Assembly: GCA_965237955.1 (NCBI GenBank)
Contig: OZ250169.1
Coordinates: forward strand, 256,001-320,000
Source of the DNA: Candidatus Marinacidobacterales bacterium
Lineage (GTDB): Bacteria; Acidobacteriota; Vicinamibacteria; Marinacidobacterales; SMYC01
Reading direction: 5' to 3'
Length of the DNA stretch: 64,000 bases
The notes below the pieces were generated by a model. The model saw only the letters and a list, made by a program, of their open reading frames with translations. It searched no databases and was not told where the DNA came from. Shown piece by piece: positions 11,120-21,919 of the stretch (its first letter is position 1; the number at the start of each line of letters is the position of its first letter). The translations under genes were made by a program, and so were the position numbers.

Positions 11120-11806
11120 ATGAAGTTTCTTATCGTTGGAACCGGACGTTGTGGCTCATCTTTCCTCTCCGCCATTATTGCCAAAGCGGGGGGCTCCTTT
11201 GAAATGCCAGCGGTGGAACATTGGGCACCTGGCGGCGGAGCTTTTGACAGCTTATATATCTTGAGGGCTTATAAGTGGTACACCTGGCAGGAGTATATAG
11301 GGAACACTCTGCTTTTTGAAAGAACAGCCGGCGCGTTCATGGGCGTTTGTAGGCGAATTCTCAGGAGAGCCTTCCTGGCTGCTGACTACATCAAGTCGCC
11401 CCGGTTGGTGTGGCTGGTGCATGAGATGAGCCGGTTTGGCGAGCCGTTCGGGGTCATAGGAGTCTACCGCAAGTTCAGCAGCTATTGGCCCAGCTTTTTC
11501 CACAGTAAATTTTATACATACCAGAAGAGCAGGGACATTTGGATGGATGTCAACAACGCCATTCTTCTACAGGCTAGCCTCTACCCGTCAGCCTTGATAA
11601 GCTACGAGGAGCTGATTGACACGGCCGAAACCCATTGGGCTGAAGAGCTCCATACGCTTACCAAACTGCCGGTGAAGGAGATATTGTCAGCTAGAAAGGA
11701 ATTGCTCAGGCCGTCGCACGCGCCGAGCAATGAGTTCTTCGAGGACAATGACACGAATCGCCTATATGAGGCCCTTAGAAACAAAGGCCTAGGCAATGGG
11801 ACATAA
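11120..11806 (+). CDS. sulfotransferase-family-like protein
   Basis: N-terminal IVGTGRCGSSFL PAPS-binding-type loop, IKSPR, ISYEELI; more AT-rich than flanks. Confidence 0.6.
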   Translation: MKFLIVGTGRCGSSFLSAIIAKAGGSFEMPAVEHWAPGGGAFDSLYILRAYKWYTWQEYIGNTLLFERTAGAFMGVCRRILRRAFLAADYIKSPRLVWLVHEMSRFGEPFGVIGVYRKFSSYWPSFFHSKFYTYQKSRDIWMDVNNAILLQASLYPSALISYEELIDTAETHWAEELHTLTKLPVKEILSARKELLRPSHAPSNEFFEDNDTNRLYEALRNKGLGNGT

Positions 11807-11822
11807 GGGACTCTAGTCGGCC

Positions 11823-12005
11823 TTAGTGTCCCTTCCGGGGATGGTGGAAACCCCTCGCCTTTAGGTGAAGAGAAGACTGTCGAAGTCCCCGAAGGGGACG
11901 AGACACCGCCGACTGAAGTCGGCGGGTTGAGAATGAAGCGGGCGCGTGAAGTCGACTTCTAGTCGACGCGCCCGCTCAATCCCCCGGCTTAAAGCCGGGG
12001 GTTGA
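11823..12005. repeat. cluster of IS200/IS605-end-like and REP-like hairpins
   Basis: acccctcgcctttaggtgaag, gtccccgaaggggac, ccgccgactgaagtcggcgg, agcgggcgcg...cgcgcccgct, cccccggcttaaagccggggg. Confidence 0.6.
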
Positions 12006-12044
12006 TTTAATTCAGGTTGTCGAAATTAACACCGGCATTGATGG

Positions 12045-12338
12045 CCGTGAGGTCAAAATACTCATGCGGCTTCCCGATGGTAGAAACGTAGCAACCCGCC
12101 AAGCCGTTCACGGGAGCGCACCTTGCGCTCGGACTGAGGTAACGGGTCGCTGGCTGGGAACAGCAGCAGATTCTCCTTGCCTTGATGATTCCTCTCGTGG
12201 TGATGGTAGACGATGTACTCTCTAAGCGCATGACGGAGCGACTTCTCGCCGAATAGGATGAGCTTCGAGAGACATTCCTCTTTGACTGACTTCACCCAGC
12301 GCTCCGCGAACGAGTTCAAATCCGGGCTCCGTGCGGGC
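12045..12338 (-). mobile_element. integrase-core (rve) IS remnant, C-terminal part plus end
   Basis: PDLNSFAERWVKSVKEECL...HHHERNHQG...RERLGGLLRFYHREAA*; end ttttgacctcacggc. Confidence 0.75.
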
Positions 12339-13274
12339 TGTGATCCGCAAGAAAGAAGACCGCGTATTGACGGGCAGACAGGCATGGGAGTTGAGGTCCT
12401 GCGAACTCGTCTTCGCCTCGGTGGAAGTTCTGCACGCTGTCGCCGCCGGGCCACCGACGCAATAACGTGCTGGAGAAAGAACGCTTTGTTCGCCGCGAGA
12501 AGCCAGGTCCGTCAGGCAACGCGTGACAACCGGTAATCGTGATGGAGCCCACCAAGGACCGGCCTCGAGGCGACGGCGCGCTGGTCGGGTAATTGATGTC
12601 GGTGCTGGTCCGGTTTCATCGGAAGCTCGACAGAGGTGGTGGGAAAGCCTGGGCCGAGCGATGAATGTGGTCTCGCCCGATTGTAGTAGTCACGCCATTC
12701 GGTCAAGAGTCGGCGAAGATGTTCCTCTGACAGCGGTATCAGAAAATCCAAGCACTCCCGGCGTGTGGTGCCGATGAGTCTCTCACAGTAGGCATTCGCC
12801 TGCGGTGTTCTTCGCGGTGTTCTCAACGGCCGCACACCCATCCCCCGGAGGGACCGGCGGAGGTCTGCCGAGAACTTGCCATCGCGGTCCACGATGACGA
12901 ATCGATAGTCGTGCTCGCACCTAATCGCCTCCCGGAACTGTTGCAGCGTCCACTCCGCGCTCGGATGCGCCGTCACGTTGAAGTGAAGCACCTTGCGGGT
13001 GCCGATTTCCATGACGACGAAGACGTAAAGCACGCGAAAGCGGACGGTGACTACGTTGAAGAAATCCGCAGCGACGGTCGCTTGCGCGTGATTCCGCACG
13101 AATGTCGCCCAGCGATGCGACGCATTGCGCCGGTCCGGGCCGCTGTCATCTCGAATGGGTATGTACTTCCGAACGGTACGCGGCGAGACGCGGATGCCAA
13201 GCTTGACGAGGAGCTCGTGGGCGATTCTCTCTTCGCCCCACGTGATGTTCGCGACTGCCATTTCGGCGATTCGT
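12339..13274 (-). mobile_element. integrase-core (rve, IS481-like) element, 5'-truncated by IS5
   Basis: ORF 12512-13274: WGEERIAHEL, AADFFNV, VDRDGKF, PQANAYCERLIGT, VLGGLHHDY; right end tgtgatccgcaa at about 12340. Confidence 0.8.
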
Positions 13275-14066
13275 TGCCTTGGTGCACAACTCGCGATCTC
13301 GGTCCACAATTGTCCTGTACTCGTGGATTCGAGGTTTCCCATGAGCATTTTCAAACGCACTCAGCGGAAGTATGTGAAGAAGGCCTATCGCGTGAGGAAT
13401 TGGCGTGAATATGAGGCGGGTCTACGCAACCGTGGGAGCCTGACCGTCTGGATCTCGCTCACCGCCGGCAAGCTTGTGAACTGGGACGCGCCCCGGCCGA
13501 GGAAGAGGAAACCGGACCGTCAACGCAAGTACTCGAACCACGCCATCGAGACGGCTGTCACCCTGGGCATGGTGTTTCATCTGTCGTCTAGGCAGAGCGA
13601 GGGATTGCTGCGATCGTTGTTCGTTCTGTTGAAGCTAGACAATGATGTGCCCGATCACACCACGATCTCGAGGCGCAAGGCGAAGCTGGGTAAGGTCCCC
13701 TTCTACCAAGACAAGCAGAAGACGCCGTTGCACATCTTGATCGACAGCAGCGGTCTCGCTGTCCACGCCGGCCAGCTGCGCAGAGCACCAAAGAGCAGGG
13801 ACTATCGCAAGCTCCATCTGTGTGTCGACGAGCAGAGTGGCGAAGTCGTCGCCGGCGAGCTGACGAGCAAAAGAGCCCGCGATTCATCGCGGGTTGCATC
13901 GCTTGTCGGACAGAGCGACAGTCCCATCTCATCGGCCAGAGCTGACACCGCATACGACGCCGGCGGCGTCTATGAGGCGATCGAGAATCACAGCGCTCAT
14001 CGCTCGCCGAGGGTGCTGATACCGCCGCGCAAGGGCGCCCAGCTCGCATCGGGGCCGGCGAGCAGC
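13275..14066 (+). mobile_element. truncated IS5-family (IS903-like) copy
   Basis: Left IR tgccttggtgcacaactc; 792-bp near-identical copy of the start of the next element. Confidence 0.88.
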
Positions 14067-15153
14067 TGCCTTGGTGCACAACTCGCGATCTCGGTCCACA
14101 ATTGTCCTGTACTCGCGGATTCGAGGTTCCCCATGAGCATTTTCAAACGCACTCAGCGGAAGTATGTGAAGAAGGCCTATCGCGTGAGGAATTGGCGTGA
14201 ATATGAGGCGGGTCTACGCAACCGCGGGAGCCTGACCGTCTGGATCTCGCTCACCGCCGGCAAGCTTGTGAACTGGGACGCGCCCCGGCCGAGGAGGAGG
14301 AACCCGGGCCGTCAACGCAAGTACTCGAACCACGCCATCGAGACGGCTGTCACCCTGGGCATGGTGTTTCATCTGTCGTCTAGGCAGAGCGAGGGATTGC
14401 TGCGATCGTTGTTCGTTCTGTTGAAGCTAGACAATGATGTGCCCGATCACACCACGATCTCGAGGCGCAAGGCGAAGCTGGGTAAGGTCCCCTTCTACCA
14501 AGACAAGCAGAAGACGCCGTTGCACATCTTGTTCGACAGCAGCGGTCTCGCTGTCCACGCCGGCCAGCTGCGCAGAGCACCAAATAGCAGGGACTATCGC
14601 AAGCTCCATCTGTGTGTCGACGAGCAGAGTGGCGAAGTCATCGCCTGCGAGCTGACGAGCAAAAGAGCCCGCGACTCATCGCGGGTTGCATCGCTTGTCG
14701 GACAGATCGACAGTCCCATCTCATCGGCCAGAGCTGACACCGCATACGACGCCAGCGGCGTCTATGAGGCGATCGAGAATCACAGCGCTCATCGCTCGCC
14801 GAGGGTGCTGATACCGCCGCGCAAGGGCGCCCTGCTCGCATCGGGGCCGGCGAGCAGCCGACAGCGTAATCGCAACATTGCAGCACAAGCTCGGCTCGGC
14901 AAACGAAAGTGGCACACAGAATCGGGCTACAGCAAACGGAGCAAAGTCGAGACAACGTTCCATCGCTACAAGGCTATCGTGGGCTCAGCAATGCGAGCGA
15001 GAGGGTTGGCGGCACAGAGAGTCGAGGCAAGGATCGGGTGCAAGATTCTGAACACCGTGACGGCGCTCGGGATGCCTGATAGCGAGATGATCGGATGATG
15101 GGAGTCGGGGCCAAGCGAGCTCTCGGCCTCTATCGGAGTTGTGCACCAAGGCA
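14067..15153 (+). mobile_element. complete IS5-family (IS903-like) element
   Basis: IRs tgccttggtgcacaactc and gagttgtgcaccaaggca. Confidence 0.9.
14133..15098 (+). CDS. IS5-family (IS903 group) transposase
   Basis: NWREYEAGLRNRGSLTVW, PDHTTISRR, DSSGL, YRKLHL, ADTAYD, GYSKRSKVETTF. Confidence 0.9.
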   Translation: MSIFKRTQRKYVKKAYRVRNWREYEAGLRNRGSLTVWISLTAGKLVNWDAPRPRRRNPGRQRKYSNHAIETAVTLGMVFHLSSRQSEGLLRSLFVLLKLDNDVPDHTTISRRKAKLGKVPFYQDKQKTPLHILFDSSGLAVHAGQLRRAPNSRDYRKLHLCVDEQSGEVIACELTSKRARDSSRVASLVGQIDSPISSARADTAYDASGVYEAIENHSAHRSPRVLIPPRKGALLASGPASSRQRNRNIAAQARLGKRKWHTESGYSKRSKVETTFHRYKAIVGSAMRARGLAAQRVEARIGCKILNTVTALGMPDSEMIG

Positions 15154-15334
15154 GCAGCGAGTTGCCATCGCTGCGAATCTTCACGCGCGGGTCCCCCTGC
15201 GCGGATTGTCACCAGACCAAGGGCTCGTCGAAAACCTGCTCGCAATTGTCCATGAGGTCTGTGTGAGCAGCACGTCTACTTGCTCGAGGAGAACAGAAAG
15301 AAGAGCGAAGTCATCCCTTGAAGAGGCGCGAGTA

Positions 15335-16258
15335 TTACACGTCGTAGACGGAGCGCATCCACTCGAGCGTTCTCTCGATGCCGTCCTCGAGCGTCACCGT
15401 CTCCATCAAGCCCAGGTCTCTTTCCGCCTTCGTGATATCGACGCGCTTGTGTCGTGTGGTGAGCTTTTCCGCTTCCTTGTAAGTCACTAGGTCTTCGCTC
15501 GCGCCGGTATGCCCGAGCACGATATCGGAAACGGTCTTGATGTCGTGAATCGTCTTGCCGCCGATGTTGTAGACCTCTCCCACAGTGAAATGATTGGCGA
15601 TCTCCGCGAGAGCACGCACCGTGTCTTCGATGTAAGTGGAGGTGCGGGTGTGGTTCAAATACACCGTGTAGGGAAGCCCGTGGAGCGCGTGGTAGCAGAA
15701 CAAACAAATGACACTCCGGTAGCTGCTGTAGTGCTCGCCCGGTCCGTAGGTGTTGAACAGGCGTACCCGAACCGTTTGCGTCTCGTTGAGCAGCTCCGAG
15801 TTTCGGATCTGCATCTCGTTGACCCACTTCGTCATCGCGTAGTCGTTCATCTGCTGGACGGCGACCTTGTCCATGACGCCTTCTTCCATGACGCCGTCGT
15901 AATCGCCGTAGACTTCGGAGCTTGAGAAGTGGACGAGCCGGAAGCCGTGCTTCTCCTGGAGTCGGATGAGGTGCTTCGTCCCGATGGTGTTGGTGCGCCA
16001 CAGGGTCTCGTAGTAGTCCTCGCCGTTCCATCGACCGAACTCGGCGGCAAGGTGGTAGACGCAATCGATCGGGTGCTCGTCCCCCTGATCATCGAAGATG
16101 CGTTGGAGCTGCCGGTACTCGCCGACGTCGCAACGGTAGTACTGAGGGTCGTGGTGATGGGGTAGATCGCAAAGGAGGACATCGTGGTCGCGAGCCCGGA
16201 GCTCCTTGACCAAATGGTTGCCTACCGTCCCCAGGCCGCCGGTAATAAGAATTTTCAT
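15335..16258 (-). CDS. NAD-dependent nucleotide-sugar epimerase/dehydratase
   Basis: ITGGLGTVG, FSSSEVYG, YAMTK (YxxxK), RLFNTYGPGE. Confidence 0.9.
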   Translation of the reverse strand: MKILITGGLGTVGNHLVKELRARDHDVLLCDLPHHHDPQYYRCDVGEYRQLQRIFDDQGDEHPIDCVYHLAAEFGRWNGEDYYETLWRTNTIGTKHLIRLQEKHGFRLVHFSSSEVYGDYDGVMEEGVMDKVAVQQMNDYAMTKWVNEMQIRNSELLNETQTVRVRLFNTYGPGEHYSSYRSVICLFCYHALHGLPYTVYLNHTRTSTYIEDTVRALAEIANHFTVGEVYNIGGKTIHDIKTVSDIVLGHTGASEDLVTYKEAEKLTTRHKRVDITKAERDLGLMETVTLEDGIERTLEWMRSVYDV

Positions 16259-17108
16259 GAGAGTTTTTCTGATGAGGTTGAAGGTTTAGAGTTTCTCCGC
16301 AAGAAGAACGATGTGCCTTCCGAGACGGGGCGCGACCCTCGAAGAAACGTGCTCCAGCGCAACGAGGGGTCCTCGCGTCCACGGCATGCGCTCGAGAAAT
16401 CCGGAGAGCACGACGTCGCTCCACGGGCCATCGAGATGGGAAACAGTGCGATCTCACAGGCTCGGTAGCCGTAGCTTTCGAAGAGCTCCCGTAGCTTGCT
16501 CTGCGAGAACTCGCGGATGTGGGCGTCTCCATGGCTCAAGATCTCTTCCATGGAGAACTGTTCCAAGGGACGGAAGCGTCGAGCCCCGACGAGACGCAGA
16601 AGCCGGCCCCACCACGTACCGTCGGCGTTGAAGTGAGGCACACTGACAACGGCGTGGCCGCCGTTTCGCAATCGCTCGGTAAGTGCGTTCACGGCCTCGT
16701 CCAGCTAGGGAACGTGCTCAAAGACCTCGCCGCAAAGGACGACGTCGAAGCTTTCGTCGAGTAGATCGTGGAACGTGGCGACTCGGAAAGAAACTTTGTC
16801 GACACCCTGAGCCTGTCTTTGCCGGGCGCACTCGTCGATGAAGCTCTGAGCGATTCCACCCCGACAACCTTCTCACAGTGAGGAGCGAGGGCAAAGACCT
16901 CCTGGCCGGAGGCACATCCGATGTCGAGCACCGTCTTGGGCTCGACGGAGAGCACCATACGCAGCAACGCCTCCTCGCGGATGAAGTTCGTGAGTCCAAC
17001 GCGGTTGATGGGTAGGAACTTTCGCTGGTTGTAGCGCTCGGCTTTTTTCTTGCCGAACACCTCCCACATGTCGCGGTAGGCGTTTTTGAACGAGTGAGTC
17101 TGCGGCAT
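16255..17108 (-). pseudogene. SAM-dependent methyltransferase, frameshifted
   Basis: VLDIGCASG in ORF 16689-17114; VLEHVP-like segment and AVVSVP...HIREFS in other frames. Confidence 0.7.
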
Positions 17109-17168
17109 AGTCAACCAAAATGACTGTATTACATCCGGTGGCGGGCGCGCAATTGCGTTCGCTGCTAT

Positions 17169-18251
17169 TTATAAGGTCTGCAGGAAGCCGAACGCTTTCT
17201 CGGTGAGGACGTCCCAGTCGAACTCGGCGCGCATGCGCTCGCGGGCACGCTTGCCGTATTGGTCGCGCTCGTGAGCCGAGTGGAGCGCGTGTTTCAGCGT
17301 GGTGGCCAACGCCTCCGCGTTGCCGGGCGGTACCAGCCACCCCGTCTCCCGGTCGGAGACGAGCCGGTGGGCGTCTCCTACCGCGGTGGCCACGACCCCG
17401 GTGCCCGACGCGAGGTACTCGGGAAGCTTTGACGGCAAGGCGTAGCGGGTGATAGGGATGTCGGGGCGAGGGACCACGGCGATATCGGCGGCCTTCAGAT
17501 GTGCGAAGACCTCGATTTGATCCAGATCCTGCTTGATCGTCGCCCTACCGGTGAGTCCGTAGTTCTCAAGCAGCCGCCTCACCTCTGCCTCTCTCGAGCT
17601 CAACACGAGGAGAAGTTGCCATGGCTCTTCTCGAATCTTCGCGAGCGCGGCGAGCAAAACGTCGACGCCCTGGTAACGTCTCGCGTTGCCGCAATAAGTG
17701 ATGACGGATCCAGCGCTCTTGTCGATCGCAGCCGGGGTCAATGCCTCCATCGCCTGCCCGTCTACACCGCCGTGGAAGGTAAAACCCGATGCGGCGTCAC
17801 CGCGGTAGAAGCGAGTCAATGGGTCGCACACGGCGGTGATACCCGTGAGCCTTTTGATGAGCATGCGATGCCAGCCTGCCGTGGCCCACTTGTGGACACC
17901 CTGAAGGCCGAGCTCGTGATGGGGCAGGCCGTGTAAGTCGACACAGGTTTTGGCGTGGCGGCCCGCCGCAAGGAGCAACGGGAGTATCGCAAGATGGGTG
18001 TGACCGTAGAAAAGATCGGGCCGAAACTCGCGCACCACACGCCGCAGCACGCGGGTTTGCAGAAGCCAATCGAGTCCTTTCCTCGGCGGATCCAGCGCCA
18101 TCGAGCGCTCCCGTGCGTCCTCGGGCAGTTCACGGGCGACGAGGTAGACATCGGCGAGCTTTCGGAGCGACTCGTAAATGGCGTACACGCGAAGAGGCGT
18201 ACCTCGCCGTCGGTTGCGTAGCGAGCCCGGGTAGTAGAAGAGGATTTTCAT
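17169..18251 (-). CDS. GT4 glycosyltransferase
   Basis: Start MKILFYYPG; GNARRYQGVD, LPSKLPEYLASG, DRETGWLVPPGN. Confidence 0.88.
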   Translation of the reverse strand: MKILFYYPGSLRNRRRGTPLRVYAIYESLRKLADVYLVARELPEDARERSMALDPPRKGLDWLLQTRVLRRVVREFRPDLFYGHTHLAILPLLLAAGRHAKTCVDLHGLPHHELGLQGVHKWATAGWHRMLIKRLTGITAVCDPLTRFYRGDAASGFTFHGGVDGQAMEALTPAAIDKSAGSVITYCGNARRYQGVDVLLAALAKIREEPWQLLLVLSSREAEVRRLLENYGLTGRATIKQDLDQIEVFAHLKAADIAVVPRPDIPITRYALPSKLPEYLASGTGVVATAVGDAHRLVSDRETGWLVPPGNAEALATTLKHALHSAHERDQYGKRARERMRAEFDWDVLTEKAFGFLQTL

Positions 18252-19447
18252 TCCGGGATTTGCTCGATCGTCGTCAGAATGGTCTTGGCTCGGCGGTCCC
18301 ACGTGTAGAAGGTTGCGTCGGCCCGCGCCTGTCTGCCGAGCCGCGCGGCCTCCTCTCGGTTGTGGAGGAGGTGCGACAACCCCGAGGCCAACGCTTTTGC
18401 GGAGCCGGGCTCGACGAGCCAAGCATTCTTGTCGTGTTGCAATACCTCCCGTACCGAAGGCAGGTCGGTCGCCAAGATGGGCGCCTCGACCGCCATATAC
18501 TCGAAGAGCTTCAAGGGAGACATCGACTCCGAGTAGTGCGCAGCGTCAGGAAACGGCATGGCCGCGACGTCGAACGCGCGGATCCAGCACGGCACTTCGC
18601 GGTGGGGAACACGGTCGAAGAACTCGAGACGTTCTTTCGATACTTGGTGCAATCGAGCGACCTTGAGGTATCGGTCGACGGCGCTCATGGGACCACCCAC
18701 GCAGACGAGCATGGCGTCTTTGAGGCTTCGGTCGCCCATCGCAGCAATCAGCTCCGAGATCCCTTTTTCCTCCCCCATCGTCTGGAATCGCCCGACATAG
18801 CCGACGATTGCCCCGTCGACCGGCAATCCGAGCTCGCGGCGACAGCTCTCTCGGTCTTGGTCCACGGTGAAGTTCGTCAGATCGACGCCGTCGGGTGCGA
18901 CCTGCACACGTTCGGGCGGTGCGCCTCCGGCGACGAAAGCTTTCCTGAGTCCCTCGGTCAGGACGACGAGAGCGTCCGCGTTCCCCAGCCGCTGCGCCAC
19001 TCGAGATGAAGAAGGGGGACGGTGCGCCTCGAACACCCACCGTCTCGGTATGTTTCGACACAAGGCGAGTCCGGCGAGCGTCATGAGAGGGTCGCGACTG
19101 TAAAAGGTGACGTCTCCAGTCGCGGAGAAGCGACGGCTTTCGAGAAGTATGCTGGCGGTGGCGGTGAAATCGAGCGTCCAGAACCAAAGCGATTCCGAGA
19201 TCCGCTTGAGGAATCCGACGTCGAAGCAAGGCAGGCGCTTAGCCTCGAATACAGGACGTACTCCATAGAAGGAGAACGGGCCGTCGGAAGAAGCCATTCC
19301 CGGAGGTTGCCGCCGGTGGGGGTAAAGCAAGGTGACGTCGAGCCCGTTGTCGGCGAACGCCTCGCACATCTTCATGATCTGCAGGCCGTGCGCCTTCTCG
19401 GTAGGAAGACGCGCGCTCGTGAGATAGACAAGTCTCTTGAGGCTCAC
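18248..19447 (-). CDS. GT4 glycosyltransferase
   Basis: RLPTEKAHGLQIMKMCEAF N-terminus; MSPLKLFEYMA. Confidence 0.9.
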   Translation of the reverse strand: MSLKRLVYLTSARLPTEKAHGLQIMKMCEAFADNGLDVTLLYPHRRQPPGMASSDGPFSFYGVRPVFEAKRLPCFDVGFLKRISESLWFWTLDFTATASILLESRRFSATGDVTFYSRDPLMTLAGLALCRNIPRRWVFEAHRPPSSSRVAQRLGNADALVVLTEGLRKAFVAGGAPPERVQVAPDGVDLTNFTVDQDRESCRRELGLPVDGAIVGYVGRFQTMGEEKGISELIAAMGDRSLKDAMLVCVGGPMSAVDRYLKVARLHQVSKERLEFFDRVPHREVPCWIRAFDVAAMPFPDAAHYSESMSPLKLFEYMAVEAPILATDLPSVREVLQHDKNAWLVEPGSAKALASGLSHLLHNREEAARLGRQARADATFYTWDRRAKTILTTIEQIPE

Positions 19448-19619
19448 CGCGCTGTGTCCTCACCGATCGTATTCAAGATTCCTTCAGTGAGCCGATCGAG
19501 ATCGCGAGATCCGATCCCTCGACGACGACGCGCTCCGGGGACGGCCACGTGATAGACTGCGCCGAATCCCGGCAACATGCTCAAGACCTGCCTGCCACTC
19601 AGTGCGTGGCGGCGAGTGA

Positions 19620-19929
19620 GTGAAGGGAGCCGAGTCGGTCAGCATCGGAGCGGGCTTCGGGATCTCGATACGCGCCCTCGCGACCTTGGTTGCAGAGTTA
19701 ACTGGTGTTCACGGCACCGACTCTCGCGAACGGCTGAAACCAGCATTGGAAAGGTATCGCACCCCACCAGGTAGCCTCCTCACGCTCGACCGTACAATAG
19801 AAATCTATCACTCGGCGCGGCCTTTCGACACCGATGAAGCAGAAGCCACAGTGAGACTACTCGTTTTCACCCAGGCGGTCGATTTGGATAACCCCGTCTT
19901 GGGCTTCTTTCACTCTTGGCTTCGAAAAA
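19620..19929 (+). pseudogene. fused remnants: epimerase/GDP-fucose-synthase-like C-terminus and GT4 N-terminus
   Basis: VSIGAGFGISIRALATLVAELTG, then VRLLVFTQAVDLDNPVLGFFHSWL, which stops abruptly. Confidence 0.5.
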
Positions 19930-19959
19930 GGGATTGTCCAGCAAACTAGCCAAGGGGTT

Positions 19960-20079
19960 CTAGGAACCCCTTGGCCGCTTCACGATGCGCTTGCTTGGAT
20001 CTAGTGGTTTGGCCGCTGCGAACATTGCCTTCGCGATCTGCTCGGCGGTCGCATGAAGTTCGATCCCGTGATTGGACAT
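19960..20079 (-). CDS. small hypothetical protein (39 aa), possibly IS-associated
   Basis: MSNHGIELHATAEQIAKAMFAAAKPLDPSKR...; stop overlaps a 12-bp-stem hairpin at 19949-19975. Confidence 0.35.
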   Translation of the reverse strand: MSNHGIELHATAEQIAKAMFAAAKPLDPSKRIVKRPRGS

Positions 20080-20374
20080 CCTGGCCCGCGCTTCGGTGCC
20101 TTCTGTTGCTTCTGCTTCATTGATTTCCAACTCCTCGTGTGAGTATATACTATTCCGCATGCCGTAAAGCATCAACGTCGAACCCAACCCTGACGAGTCC
20201 GCCATCCAGGAGATCGTCGCCAGGGCAAAAGGCAAGAACCCAGCCGTAGCGATGCTTGGATGCCTGGACGGGAAGGCACGAGCCGAGAAGCTCTCGGCGG
20301 TCCATCGCCCGAAAAGGTGGACGGGCACGTTGGAAACGCGTACAAGAAAAGAAATCTCATGGCTAGGACTGTTC

Positions 20375-20680
20375 CTAGCACTTGGGAACCGAGCACTGTA
20401 TATCGAGCCCGGCAACATCTGGGAGAACGGGTACGGTGAAAGTTTCAACGGCGGGCTGCGGGATGAATGTCTGAATGGAGAAATCTTCTATTCCCTGAAG
20501 GAAGCACAGAGCGTGATCGGACAGTGGCGGCAGCAATACAACACGGTTCGGCCGCGCGCGGCGCTCGGGGTATAGACCCCCGGCGCCGGGGGCCTATACC
20601 CCTGTCTGGAACCCAAGTTTTACGGCCTCAGGTTGGCATGTAATATCTCTCACAAGAATTGGTACAAAACTTCGGCCTGG
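20375..20680 (+). mobile_element. IS3-family remnant (C-terminal integrase and probable right end)
   Basis: YIEPGNIWENGYGESFNG.LRDECLNGEIF...WRQQYNTVRP. Confidence 0.8.
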
Positions 20681-21250
20681 AGCGAGCCTCACCACGTGAA
20701 GCTCCGCCATCCCGGAGAGGCTTTCGAACTTTTTCTTCTGGTGCGGATCGAGCGGAAGCCGGTAGCGGCTGAAGCCGATATTCAAAACACCAAGGCGGGC
20801 GGGGCTTTCCGTCACCAGGCAGCGCCGCACTCGACGGGGGGGGCAATGGGAACGCTGGACCGGTGCACCGCGGAGATGAACGAATTCGAGAATGGCCCCG
20901 GTGCGTTGGTCCCAGGTCCGGGAATGCATGCTCTCCCGACCAGCAGCGCTGAGCCGCTGGGCCAGGGCCGGGTCCTCCAGAAATCTGACGTATACCGCGC
21001 GCCAAATCATCAGGGGCATCGGGCTTCCTTCGCGGACGATCTCGGGCATGACGCCGACCGGCGTCGTGATCGTCGGCACTTCGCATGCCATGGCCTCCGC
21101 CGTCAAGCGCGAGCCGCCTTCGTTGCAGGAGCACGAGGCCATGATCTTGGCTTGCCGATAGACGCGGGCCACGTCGTCCGGCGTTCGAGTCAGCCCAGGA
21201 AGTACACGTTGTCGTCGACACCTCGTCGCATCGCGCGATTTTTTGAGTGA
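20680..21250 (-). pseudogene. GT4 remnants (C-terminus of one gene, N-terminus of the next)
   Basis: EGGSRLTAEAMACEVPTITTPVG; then RYRLPLDPHQKKKFESLS. Confidence 0.6.
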
Positions 21251-21919
21251 CGCGTACCATCGAGGTTCATATTAATAAGGCCTTCGGGGGCATCCATGGT
21301 CATTGGTAGATCCTACTTTCCCTCTTTGTAAGGAGTTTCCGATAGGACCCCCTCTCAAACCGTGCGTGCGGTTTTCCCGCACACGGCTTACCGGTGGTCT
21401 CTCGAGCGATAGCATTACGCACTCTCCCAGAACGGAGAACCCGCGTAGCGGGTTGTACCGTGCAGGCGATGCAGAGACCGAGGGCTTCGAACTACTTGCG
21501 AGTCCAGCGTGAAGCTTCGCCGGGTCGGAGTTGACGGCCTTTGCGCTGAATCATGAAACGTTTGAACCGTCCAGACCACATACTTGTCGACTGTGACAAA
21601 CTTCATTGCTGCATTCCCATACACCGCATGGAAGCAGCGTCTGGGCGACCGCTTGGCCGACGCACACAGCCGTCGTTGGAGTTGTCGCACTTTGTCCGCA
21701 CGCTCGCGCCTGAGGGGGTGGTGGGACCGAGTCTCATGCCCAGCCATACCCTCACGCTTACCTCCGCCTTCGGCCTGACCAACGCAGGGGTTCGTCCCTC
21801 CGTCCGCGTTTTGTTGCGCAGCTTTCCACGGTACTACAACCCCCCTCGGACTCCCGCTGCACACCGCTCGACTTTGGGCTTGATCCAGTTTCGTGGACAC
21901 TTTCTGAAAGGCGGATACG

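Noticed and set aside
13125-15098. 657-aa ORF as a novel large protein
   Set aside because: It results from an in-frame tandem IS5 duplication plus read-in from the antisense strand of the neighbouring IS
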